Assembly: GCA_949292105.1 (NCBI GenBank)
Contig: CASEYK010000018.1
Span: 5,134-69,133 of the forward strand
Source of the DNA: an uncultured bacterium
GTDB taxonomy: Bacteria > Bacillota_I > Bacilli_A > RFN20 > CAG-826
DNA: 64,000 nucleotides
Direction of reading: 5' to 3'
Part shown: in pieces, positions 8,978 through 18,023 of the stretch
Layout: every line of letters begins with the position of its first letter
Position numbering within the stretch: position 1 is the first letter of the stretch
Notes under the pieces: model-generated
What the model was told of the DNA's origin: nothing
Database searches by the model: none
The model's input: only the letters and a program-made list of their open reading frames with translations
Translations under genes and position numbers: made by a program

Positions 8978-10105
8978 ATGCAAAATTACGATTTAGATAA
9001 TTTCGAACCGGCGGCGAAAATTGTCGTCATCGGTGTCGGTGGAGCTGGCAATAATGCCGTCAACCGCATGATTGATGAAGAAATTTCCAATGTTGAATTT
9101 TATGTCGCCAATACTGATAAACAAGCTCTTTCAACGAGCAAAGCGGGCAAGCGCATTATTTTAGGTCCAGAAATTACTGGTGGCCTTGGAGCTGGCGGTG
9201 AGCCTGAAGTCGGAGAGAAAGCTGCAGAAGCTAGTGCTGATGATATCCGCGAGATTGTTAAAGATGCTGATTTAGTTTTTATCGCTGCTGGAATGGGTGG
9301 CGGCACTGGAACTGGTGCAGCACCAGTTGTTGCTCGCATTGCAAAAGATGCTGGTGCATTAGTTATCGCAATTGTTACTCGTCCTTTTACCTTTGAAGGT
9401 AAAAAGCGCATTGTCAATTCTGTCGATGGCTTAAATAAACTTCGCGCAAATGTTGATTCAATTATTGTTGTTTCAAACGACAAATTATTGATGATGAGTG
9501 GCAATTCACCTATTTCTCAAGCTTTTAATGATTCTGACCGCGTCTTGGCTCAATCCGTTAAAACAGTCGTTAACCTTATCCTTTTGCCCGCTATTATCAA
9601 TCTCGATTTTGCCGATGTAAAAAACACTTTGAAAGATTCGGGTGTCGCCCTTATCGGATTTGGCATGGGCTCTGGTCCAAACTGTGCTAAAGAAGCAGCG
9701 AGCAACGCGATTAATTCACCTCTTCTCGAAGCTTCTATTGCCGGTGCAAGGCGCGCTATTGTGGCTGTGACTTGCGGACCAAATGTTTCTTTGTTTGATG
9801 CACAAGAAACCGTCAATCGCTTAATCGATGCGTCTGGGCTTGATATCGATATCAAATTTGGCATCGCTATCAACGATCAACTCAACGACGAGATTTTAGC
9901 AAGCGTTATTGCTACTGATTTCGAAGAAGAAATTGATTTCTCTTCCTCGACTACTTTCAATCCTCGCCCAACCGATAGCAATAAAAATATTCTTGATATG
10001 GAACAAACCAACATCAAAATCGAAGAAGAGAAAAAAGAACAACAAAATTCTAATGAAGACGATTTGTCGATTCTTCCTTCTTTCCTCCGCGGCGATAAAG
10101 ATTAA
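8978..10105 (+). CDS. ftsZ: cell division GTPase FtsZ
   Basis: GGGTGTG tubulin signature and a C-terminal FtsA-binding peptide (DDLSILPSFLR). Confidence 0.95.
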   Translation: MQNYDLDNFEPAAKIVVIGVGGAGNNAVNRMIDEEISNVEFYVANTDKQALSTSKAGKRIILGPEITGGLGAGGEPEVGEKAAEASADDIREIVKDADLVFIAAGMGGGTGTGAAPVVARIAKDAGALVIAIVTRPFTFEGKKRIVNSVDGLNKLRANVDSIIVVSNDKLLMMSGNSPISQAFNDSDRVLAQSVKTVVNLILLPAIINLDFADVKNTLKDSGVALIGFGMGSGPNCAKEAASNAINSPLLEASIAGARRAIVAVTCGPNVSLFDAQETVNRLIDASGLDIDIKFGIAINDQLNDEILASVIATDFEEEIDFSSSTTFNPRPTDSNKNILDMEQTNIKIEEEKKEQQNSNEDDLSILPSFLRGDKD

Positions 10106-10116
10106 TAATCAAGTTG

Positions 10117-10145
10117 TTGTATCTTTTTAGAAGATACTTTATAAT
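10117..10145 (+). promoter_or_regulatory. promoter of the ileS leader
   Basis: -35 TTGTAT (10117-10122), 17-nt spacer, -10 TATAAT (10140-10145). Confidence 0.45.
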
Positions 10146-10149
10146 TCGT

Positions 10150-10398
10150 ATATGCTGTTCGACAGCGATTAGAAGACAAGTTCTTAAGAAATACAGCCAC
10201 AAGCGAGTCGATGATGGTGGAAGTTCGATTGGCATGCTCTTAATGAATATCCCTTCTTCTTAGAAGACTGAACTAATAGTAAGCTTCCAGAAAGTCTAAC
10301 TGTAAATGAGACGAATGAAGTGTCAACTCAAAGTGAGTTGGAACTAAGGTGGTACCGCGCTTATTTTGCGTCCTTAGGGACGCTTTTATTTTGGAGGT
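10150..10398 (+). promoter_or_regulatory. T-box riboswitch leader (ileS)
   Basis: Conserved T-box sequence aactaaGGTGGtACCGCG at 10342-10359, followed by the terminator hairpin gcgtcc-ttag-ggacgc plus UUUUAUUUU at 10368-10392. Confidence 0.8.
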
Positions 10399-10405
10399 TG
10401 TCGTT

Positions 10406-13162
10406 ATGGATTTTAAATCGACGCTATTGATGAACAAGTCAAAGTTTGAAATGCGTGGTGGATTGGCTCAAAAAGAGCCGCTGCTCGTTCAAAAATGGCA
10501 AGATGAGCAATTATATCAAAAGATGAATGAAAACCGTCTAGGGGCCGAACCATTTATTTTGCACGATGGTCCGCCTTATGCTAATGGTGACATTCACTGC
10601 GGGCATGTTCTCAATCGCCTTTTGAAAGATTTTGTCGTCCGTCATAAAAATATGCAAGGCTATCTCACGCCGTTTGTGTTAGGGTGGGATACACATGGTT
10701 TACCAATTGAAAATCAAGTGACTAAATCAGGCGTGAATCGAAAGGCAACTCCCATTATTGAATTTCGTAAAAAATGTGAAGAATATGCTCTTTTGCAAGT
10801 CAATCGACAAAAAGAAGAAATGCTACGCCTCGGTATTGTTGGCGATGTTTCTCATCCTTATTTAACACTACAAAAAGAATACGAAGCCAAACAAATTGAA
10901 TGCTTTGCTCACATGGCTTTAAATGGGTTGATTTATAAAGGTCTTAAACCTGTTTATTGGTCGCCTTCGAGCGAAAGCGCGCTCGCGGAAGCTGAAATTG
11001 AATATCACGATATAAAATCGCATTCCATCTATGTTGCTTTTGATGTCAAAGATGGCAAAGGCTTGTTATCCAAAGGTGATAAAGTAGTTATTTGGACGAC
11101 AACACCTTGGACTTTACCTGCCAATTTAGCCATTTCTGCTCATCCTGATTTTATTTATGGCTTATATGATACAAATAGAGGAAAACTTGTTTTCCTCAAA
11201 GAATTTGCTCAGCGTTTGCAACAAGAACTTGATTTGGGCGAGATTAAACTTCTCAAAGAATTTAAAGGCCGAGATTTAGACGGTGTTGTTTGTCAGCATC
11301 CTTTTTATGATCGCGATTCGCTCCTTATCGTCGGCACACATGTTACCAATGAAACAGGTACTGGATTAGTTCATACCGCTCCCGGTCATGGTGTTGAGGA
11401 CTATAATGTTTGTTTGAATTATCATATTGATCCTTACTGTCCAGTGGATGAAAAAGGCTTTTTGACAAAAGATGCTGGCGAGCGTTTATCTGGTGTTTTC
11501 TATGAAGACGCCAATGATATTGTTTTGCAAATGCTTGAAGAAAACCACGCTCTTTTGAAACATGAAGTTTTCACCCATAGTTATCCGCATGATTGGCGAA
11601 CAAACAAGCCTTTGATTTTCCGTGCGACAAAACAGTGGTTTTGTTCTATTGAGCCAATTCGAACGAAACTGTTAGAACAAATTGATAAAACGCATTGGTA
11701 TCCTGCTTGGGGCAAAACGCGCATGCTCAATATGATTAAAGACCGACAAGATTGGTGTATCTCTAGACAAAGAGCATGGGGTGTACCAATTCCTATTATT
11801 TACTGCGAGGATGGGACACCAATCATTGAGAAAAAAGTTTTTGATCATATCGTTGACCTCATCAAAGAAAATGGTTCTAATATCTGGTATGAAAAGGACG
11901 CGAAAGATTTATTGCCAGAAGGATATACAAATGTTCATTCACCGAATGGTTTTTTCACAAAAGAAAATGATATTATGGATGTTTGGTTCGATTCAGGCTC
12001 TAGTTTTGATGGCGTTTTAATCGCCCGTGGTCAAAAATATCCTGCTGATTTATATTTAGAAGGCAACGACCAATATCGCGGATGGTTTAATTCGAGTTTA
12101 ATCATTTCAACTGCCGTGTTTGATAAAGCGCCATACAAAAATGTTGTTTCACATGGTTTTGTGGTCGATGAAAACTGGGATAAGATGTCCAAATCTAAAG
12201 GCAATGGAATTAATCCTAGCAAAATTGCTAATGTTTATGGCGCCGATATTTTAAGACTGTGGGCCGCCAGTGTCGATTATCAACAAGATGTTCGTATTTC
12301 TGAAAGCATTATTAATCAAGTGTCTGAAGTTTATCGCAAACTCCGCAACACATTGAAGTTTATGTCGTGGAATCTTGTCGATTTTAATCCAAAAAAATTG
12401 GCAAAAAACTATGAAAAAGTTGATTTATTCATTTTGGCGAGATTAGAAGAAGTGGTCAAAGAAGTCAATGATAATTTCGACCGTTATGATTTCGCTTCTA
12501 GCATCTCTTCATTGATGACTTTCCTCTCGACTGATTTAAGCGCTTTCTATCTCGATATCGCCAAAGATACTCTATACTGCGATAGTGCTTCAAGCCAAAG
12601 AAGAAATCAGATTCAATCAGTTATTTATCAAGTGAGCGAAACTGTTCTTCGACTATTAAATCCTTTCTTGCCATTTACAATGGATGAATTCAATCATAAT
12701 TTACCTGGCAAGCGCGCTGAAAATGTTCAGTTGTTAGATTATCCAAAATCAACTTCGAAATATGATCACCGTCTTCTCGAAGAATATGCGCTCTTTATTC
12801 AACTGAGAAACGATGTTTTAAAAGCTTTAGAAGTAGCAAGAAGTAATCAGATGATTGGTTCGAGCCAAGAAGCGCATGTTGTCATCAAAATAAATAATGA
12901 TGACATTCGTCAAATGTTTGATACAATAAAGGCAGATATTCGTGCCAAATTGTTTGTTGTCTCATCTATCGACACCGTCGATAAATTAGAAGGTGGCACG
13001 GAATATCAAGTATCAACCATTTTAGTAAAAAGACACGGTGGTCATTTTTGCAGCCGTTGTTGGAATTATGATGAAAATGCGAAAGAAGTGGAAGAAGGCA
13101 CCTATTTATGCCCTCGCTGTCAAGAAGTAATGGAGAAAGATTATGGAACAAAACGAGAATAA
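10406..13162 (+). CDS. ileS: isoleucine--tRNA ligase
   Basis: HIGH-type motif (PYANGDIHCGH), KMSKS, and a C-terminal zinc finger (CSRCW...CPRCQ). The start is at ATG 10406 after GGAGG, not at the in-leader ATG 10349. Confidence 0.95.
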   Translation: MDFKSTLLMNKSKFEMRGGLAQKEPLLVQKWQDEQLYQKMNENRLGAEPFILHDGPPYANGDIHCGHVLNRLLKDFVVRHKNMQGYLTPFVLGWDTHGLPIENQVTKSGVNRKATPIIEFRKKCEEYALLQVNRQKEEMLRLGIVGDVSHPYLTLQKEYEAKQIECFAHMALNGLIYKGLKPVYWSPSSESALAEAEIEYHDIKSHSIYVAFDVKDGKGLLSKGDKVVIWTTTPWTLPANLAISAHPDFIYGLYDTNRGKLVFLKEFAQRLQQELDLGEIKLLKEFKGRDLDGVVCQHPFYDRDSLLIVGTHVTNETGTGLVHTAPGHGVEDYNVCLNYHIDPYCPVDEKGFLTKDAGERLSGVFYEDANDIVLQMLEENHALLKHEVFTHSYPHDWRTNKPLIFRATKQWFCSIEPIRTKLLEQIDKTHWYPAWGKTRMLNMIKDRQDWCISRQRAWGVPIPIIYCEDGTPIIEKKVFDHIVDLIKENGSNIWYEKDAKDLLPEGYTNVHSPNGFFTKENDIMDVWFDSGSSFDGVLIARGQKYPADLYLEGNDQYRGWFNSSLIISTAVFDKAPYKNVVSHGFVVDENWDKMSKSKGNGINPSKIANVYGADILRLWAASVDYQQDVRISESIINQVSEVYRKLRNTLKFMSWNLVDFNPKKLAKNYEKVDLFILARLEEVVKEVNDNFDRYDFASSISSLMTFLSTDLSAFYLDIAKDTLYCDSASSQRRNQIQSVIYQVSETVLRLLNPFLPFTMDEFNHNLPGKRAENVQLLDYPKSTSKYDHRLLEEYALFIQLRNDVLKALEVARSNQMIGSSQEAHVVIKINNDDIRQMFDTIKADIRAKLFVVSSIDTVDKLEGGTEYQVSTILVKRHGGHFCSRCWNYDENAKEVEEGTYLCPRCQEVMEKDYGTKRE

Positions 13163-13871
13163 AGAACTCGCGCTGACGAAAAAAGAAAAAGTTGTTAAAT
13201 GGTTCCGATGGTTTTTCTTTTCCTTTATTTGGCTTGGCGTTTTGCTTTTAATCGTTGACTTTATTAGCAAACAAATTGTTTTAAACACGATGAGCGTCGG
13301 CCAAACCATTGAAATAATTCCTCATTTTTTCTCGTTTCAATATGTAGTTAATGATGGAATGGCTTTCGGCTTAGATTTTAACAATGCCATTACCAATCGA
13401 GTTATTTTTATTACCGCTTCTGTTATTGGCGCTATCCTAATTATTGGCATTTATGTTTGGAAGTATAAAAAACTTACAAAGTATGTTAAAGCTTGCTTGA
13501 TGATTATCGGTGCTGGATGTATTGGTAACTTAATTGATCGCGCCTTCTATAGTGCTGAGTATCTTCACTATACAACCAATGGAGTTGTGGATTTTATTGC
13601 CTTTGATTTTGGAACATATGCCTTCCCGCGCTTCAATATCGCTGATTCGTGCCTAGTTATTGGTACTATTATGTTGGTTGTTTGGCTCTTTGTTAGCGAG
13701 GCGCAAGACGATAAAAAGAAAAAGGCTGAAGAAAGAGCTAAAAAAGCCAATGAAAAAGTATTGTCGCTAGATGAAAAAAAGCGTCTAGAACAAGAGGCAG
13801 ATCAAAATATTATCCAAGATGATTCCAAAAAGACATATAACAATAAAAATCATGAAAAAGTAGAAAAATAG
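13143..13871 (+). CDS. lspA: lipoprotein signal peptidase II with a long charged C-terminal tail
   Basis: LspA motifs NDGMAFG and FNIADS, then ~60 aa of K/E/D-rich tail. The first 20 nt overlap the end of ileS. Confidence 0.8.
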   Translation: MEQNENKELALTKKEKVVKWFRWFFFSFIWLGVLLLIVDFISKQIVLNTMSVGQTIEIIPHFFSFQYVVNDGMAFGLDFNNAITNRVIFITASVIGAILIIGIYVWKYKKLTKYVKACLMIIGAGCIGNLIDRAFYSAEYLHYTTNGVVDFIAFDFGTYAFPRFNIADSCLVIGTIMLVVWLFVSEAQDDKKKKAEERAKKANEKVLSLDEKKRLEQEADQNIIQDDSKKTYNNKNHEKVEK

Positions 13872-13878
13872 TAGAAAA

Positions 13879-14787
13879 ATGGTAAATATTATCGTTGATA
13901 AACAATACGAAGGAACAAGGCTTGACAAATTGTTAAGCCTTCTTTTAAATGATCTTTCTCGATCTCAAATCGTTCATCTTATCGATGATGGAAAATGTTT
14001 TGTTAACCAACATGTATGCAAGGCATCATACCGCGTTAAAGAAGGCGATAAAATTGATATTTCGCTCGAAAAAAAAGCGAATGATTTGCATCTGCAATCA
14101 GAAAAAATTGAACTAGATATTGTTTATGAAGATGATGATATTGCCATTATTAATAAGCCTCAGGGTATGGTTGTCCATCCTGGAAACGGCAATAAAGAGC
14201 ATACATTAGCTAATGCTTTACTCTATCATTTCAACAGTTTAAGTACAATTAATGGTGAATTTAGGCCAGGGATTGTTCACCGGATAGATAAAGATACAAG
14301 TGGGTTAATTTGCATTGCTAAAAACGATCGTGCACATCGCTGTTTGGCTGAACAGTTGGCACAACATACGATGAAAAGAGAATATATCGCCTTGGTCAAG
14401 GGCGCTTTTAAAGAGAACAAAGGCCATATCGATCTTCCAATTGGGCGCGATAAGAATAATCGTCTCAAAATGGCGGTGGACGCCAAAAATGGTAAAAGAG
14501 CTGTAACTGATTTTGAAGTTATTAATCGTTATAACGATTACACATTGATACGCTGCCGATTAGAGACTGGCCGTACTCATCAAATCCGCGTCCATTTGGC
14601 CTACATTGGTCATCCGGTTGATTCTGATCCTTTGTATAATAAAAAAAATGCGACCCGTCTTCATCCAAACGGGCAGTTACTTTCAGCTGTTAAACTGACG
14701 CTTATTCATCCTTCGTCACATAAAGAGATGACTTTTACAATTGACTTGCCGCAATATTTTCAAGAGATTATTTCTCGTCTGGATTAA
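13879..14787 (+). CDS. rluD: RluA-family 23S rRNA pseudouridine synthase (RluD-like)
   Basis: N-terminal S4 domain plus the HRIDKDTSGL catalytic motif. Confidence 0.85.
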   Translation: MVNIIVDKQYEGTRLDKLLSLLLNDLSRSQIVHLIDDGKCFVNQHVCKASYRVKEGDKIDISLEKKANDLHLQSEKIELDIVYEDDDIAIINKPQGMVVHPGNGNKEHTLANALLYHFNSLSTINGEFRPGIVHRIDKDTSGLICIAKNDRAHRCLAEQLAQHTMKREYIALVKGAFKENKGHIDLPIGRDKNNRLKMAVDAKNGKRAVTDFEVINRYNDYTLIRCRLETGRTHQIRVHLAYIGHPVDSDPLYNKKNATRLHPNGQLLSAVKLTLIHPSSHKEMTFTIDLPQYFQEIISRLD

Positions 14788-15670
14788 TCGCTTTTATTAT
14801 TTTTTTATAGGTTGAAAAATCTTGTTTAGCGATTTTACTAAATTCGGTTAAACTGAATTTTTTTATAAATTGATGTGCGAAATCAATAACATTTTGGTTA
14901 CATCCTTTGGGAATTAAGAGACCATATTTCTTTTCAAGTTTTGCCTTCTCAAGCAAGAAAGCATAACGGGCGATAACGCTTGAAAGAGCGACGCTTGGAT
15001 ATGAACTTTCGCCTTTCGTTTCGAAAACGACATTTTCATTTATGACATTTTTCTCATTTTTTAGGTAAGAATAATATGTTTTCACATTGACGAATTGATC
15101 GACATAAATATAGTTGGCATCTTTATGCTTTGCATAAACATTAATTAAGGCTTTGTTATGCATTTTAGCTTTCAAAGTATTTAAGTTTTCGCCTTTCGCA
15201 ATCATTTCATTATATTTTTCATTTGAAAGCGTAAGTTTTGAGAAAGAAATTTCTTTTGATAATCGCTGTCCAATTTCCATAATTTTGGCATCGCTTAGTT
15301 TTTTGGAGTCTTTTATTCCAAACTCTTCGATCAATTTTAGTTCTTTCTCTCCAACATAAGTGGCAACAACGATCATCGGCAAAAGAAAATCGCCAACCCC
15401 AACTTCATCAGAACCGATTTGAGAAGAATTGTCTTTCCACATTATAAAATGTGGAAGATATTGATTTAATACTTGTTTTGGGTCATTCGCTTTAATCAAT
15501 AAGGTCATCCCTTTTTTTGACTGATATATTTTTAATTCTCCTTCAGCGGCATTCACTTCATAGAGGACATATGGCTCGTTTGATTTTTTAAATGGTAAGG
15601 CTTTTAAAAGAGTTTGTAACTCCTCGGTGCCAATAGAGATTGATAAAAACTTGTTTTTCATAATTATCAT
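14768..15670 (-). CDS. rnhC: ribonuclease HIII
   Basis: GSDEVGVGDF active-site motif with an RNase HIII N-terminal domain. It is divergent from mutS2, as in Bacillus. Confidence 0.8.
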   Translation of the reverse strand: MIIMKNKFLSISIGTEELQTLLKALPFKKSNEPYVLYEVNAAEGELKIYQSKKGMTLLIKANDPKQVLNQYLPHFIMWKDNSSQIGSDEVGVGDFLLPMIVVATYVGEKELKLIEEFGIKDSKKLSDAKIMEIGQRLSKEISFSKLTLSNEKYNEMIAKGENLNTLKAKMHNKALINVYAKHKDANYIYVDQFVNVKTYYSYLKNEKNVINENVVFETKGESSYPSVALSSVIARYAFLLEKAKLEKKYGLLIPKGCNQNVIDFAHQFIKKFSLTEFSKIAKQDFSTYKKIIKAINPDEK

Positions 15671-15722
15671 ACTAGCACAATTGTTTATCTTATTCAGTTG
15701 TTTGTTGTGCTATCATAATCCT

Positions 15723-18023
15723 ATGCAAAACATTTTTGAAACATTTGAATTTCGAAAAATTCAAGAAAGCCTTGCGAAGTATAGCAAAACTGATTTAGGT
15801 CACAGTTATATCGCTTCTTTATCGTTTCTAAGCGTAGAGGAATTAAAACTCGCCAAGCAAAAATTAGAAGAAATGGTTTCTTTGCTTATGCGTTTTGGAC
15901 CTCTTCCGATTAATGTATCAAAAAAAGCTATCGATATCATCGAAACAGCGAAAAAAAGTGGCATATTAACATGCAAGGATTTTTATGACATTTCAGTTGA
16001 TATCGAAACAACTTTTGCTCTAGCAAAATATTTTAAAAAAGTCGATAATACTTATCCTTTGATGAATGCTCTACATGAGAGGATTTGTGATTTATCCAAT
16101 CTTTATGAACAAATTAAAAAAATAGTTTCAAATGCCTTAACTGTTAAAGATGACGCCAGTCCTGAACTCTATTCAATTCGTGCGAAGATTAAGGCAAAAG
16201 AGAAGAAATTACAAGAACTCTCAATTCGCTTAAGCGATTCTTATAAAGATTATCTCAACGATGAAAGGGCAACGATTAGAGATGGACATATTGTTTTGCC
16301 CGTTAAAGTCGGCATGAAAAATAAAATCAGTGGAATTATTTACGATATTAGTGATTCTGGCGGAACAGTTTTTATTGAGCCGATGGAGATAGTGGAATTA
16401 AACAACGAAATCACAGCTTTAAAAATTAGCGAAAATGAAGAGGTGCGAAAGATTTTATTAGAGCTCACTAACCTTGTTATCATTCAAGAGAAAGAAATTG
16501 TTAACAATAATAAAATTATTGGCGAACTTGATTTTATTAGCGCAAAAGCACATTATCACCGCGAAATTGATGGAACAATTGCTCTATTTAGCCATACGCG
16601 AACTATTGAACTTCTCGAGGCCCGCCATCCGCTTATTGATCCGCAGAAGGTCGTGGCTAATTCTTATCGGCTCGATGAAGAGAAAAGAATTCTTATCATT
16701 TCAGGGCCAAATGCTGGAGGAAAAACCGTTTCGTTAAAAACCGTCGGTTTACTCGTTTTAATGAATCAGTGCGGATTATCAGTTCCAGCGCAAAAGGCGA
16801 CGCTCTCATATTTTTCACATATCTATGTCGACATTGGTGATAATCAGTCTTTGACTGATAATTTATCGACTTTCTCAGCTCATATTTCACAAATTGGGAA
16901 TATTTTAACGCATGTAAAAGGTAACGATTTAGTTCTTATTGATGAGCTTGGAACCGGCACTGATCCAGCCGAAGGACAAGCTATCGCTTTAAGTGTTGTT
17001 CAATTTTTAGAAAAAAGAGGATGTTTCGCTCTTATTTCTTCCCATTTCAACGCTTTGAAAGAATATGCCTTTTTGTCTAAGTGGATTGAAAATTCATCGA
17101 TGATGTTTGATGAGCAAAAGCTTCTTCCAACATATTTATTTAAAGAAGGAGTTCCTGGTAAAAGTTATGCTTTTGAAGTGGCGTATCGATACGGATTACC
17201 AAAAGAGATAATCGAAAGAGCACAACAATTTTTGAATAGTGATGAGCGTAAAGACGAAGACAATATTTTACAAATCCTTCAACAAAAATTGGAGACGACA
17301 GTTCGCCTAGAAAAAGAACTACAAATTAAAGATGAACAGCTACAAAAGAAAGATGCGGAACTTACAAAGATTGCCCAATCTTTAAATGAGAAGAAACAAC
17401 ATTTGCTCGAAGAAGTGGAAGAAGAAAAAGAAAAATTGCTCGAACAAGCTAAAGACAAAATCGATGCAATTATTAAAAGCGTCCAAAATCAACCTGACAT
17501 TAAAACGCATCAATTCATTGATGCTAAAGGGCAACTTGATAATCTAAAAAAAGATATTGAATTAGAAGAATTCAATGAACAAATTGCTGTTGGCGATTAT
17601 GTTTATTTACCTTCGATGCATATTTATGGGGTAGTAAAACGAATTCAAGGCAAAAAAGCTTATTTAGATTCGGATGCTGGATTAAGTGTCGAAGCCTTAA
17701 CTTCGCGGCTAAAAAAACTTGATCGACCGATTGAAAAAGCAAAACCAGTTATTCAAAAAAAGATTGTTGTTGAAGATTCTTTACCTCTCCAATTAAATTT
17801 AATCGGTTATCATGTTGACGAAGCGCTTGAAGCTCTTGATAAATATATCGATCAAGCCAAAGTTCGACACATGCATCAAGTACGAATTATTCACGGCTTT
17901 GGCAGCGGAGCGCTTCGAAATGCTACGCATGAATATCTTAAAAAGCAAAAAGGATTGACATTTAGATTAGGCAACGAATACGAAGGGGGCGGTGGCGCCA
18001 CCGTGGTCACATTTGATGAATAA
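15723..18023 (+). CDS. mutS2: endonuclease MutS2
   Basis: Walker A (GPNAGGKT), MutS domain V and a C-terminal Smr domain. The start is at ATG 15723, not at 15627. Confidence 0.9.
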   Translation: MQNIFETFEFRKIQESLAKYSKTDLGHSYIASLSFLSVEELKLAKQKLEEMVSLLMRFGPLPINVSKKAIDIIETAKKSGILTCKDFYDISVDIETTFALAKYFKKVDNTYPLMNALHERICDLSNLYEQIKKIVSNALTVKDDASPELYSIRAKIKAKEKKLQELSIRLSDSYKDYLNDERATIRDGHIVLPVKVGMKNKISGIIYDISDSGGTVFIEPMEIVELNNEITALKISENEEVRKILLELTNLVIIQEKEIVNNNKIIGELDFISAKAHYHREIDGTIALFSHTRTIELLEARHPLIDPQKVVANSYRLDEEKRILIISGPNAGGKTVSLKTVGLLVLMNQCGLSVPAQKATLSYFSHIYVDIGDNQSLTDNLSTFSAHISQIGNILTHVKGNDLVLIDELGTGTDPAEGQAIALSVVQFLEKRGCFALISSHFNALKEYAFLSKWIENSSMMFDEQKLLPTYLFKEGVPGKSYAFEVAYRYGLPKEIIERAQQFLNSDERKDEDNILQILQQKLETTVRLEKELQIKDEQLQKKDAELTKIAQSLNEKKQHLLEEVEEEKEKLLEQAKDKIDAIIKSVQNQPDIKTHQFIDAKGQLDNLKKDIELEEFNEQIAVGDYVYLPSMHIYGVVKRIQGKKAYLDSDAGLSVEALTSRLKKLDRPIEKAKPVIQKKIVVEDSLPLQLNLIGYHVDEALEALDKYIDQAKVRHMHQVRIIHGFGSGALRNATHEYLKKQKGLTFRLGNEYEGGGGATVVTFDE

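Noticed and set aside
10349-10405. Upstream in-frame ATG starts used by the ORF track for ileS (10349), mutS2 (15627), tig (26449), lon (27811), rpmA (35295), xseB (54613), pheS (1684) and the nuclease gene (19998).
   Set aside because: These extensions run through T-box leader RNA or promoter spacers, or add non-homologous N-termini. Downstream ATGs with proper Shine-Dalgarno sequences give the canonical protein N-termini.
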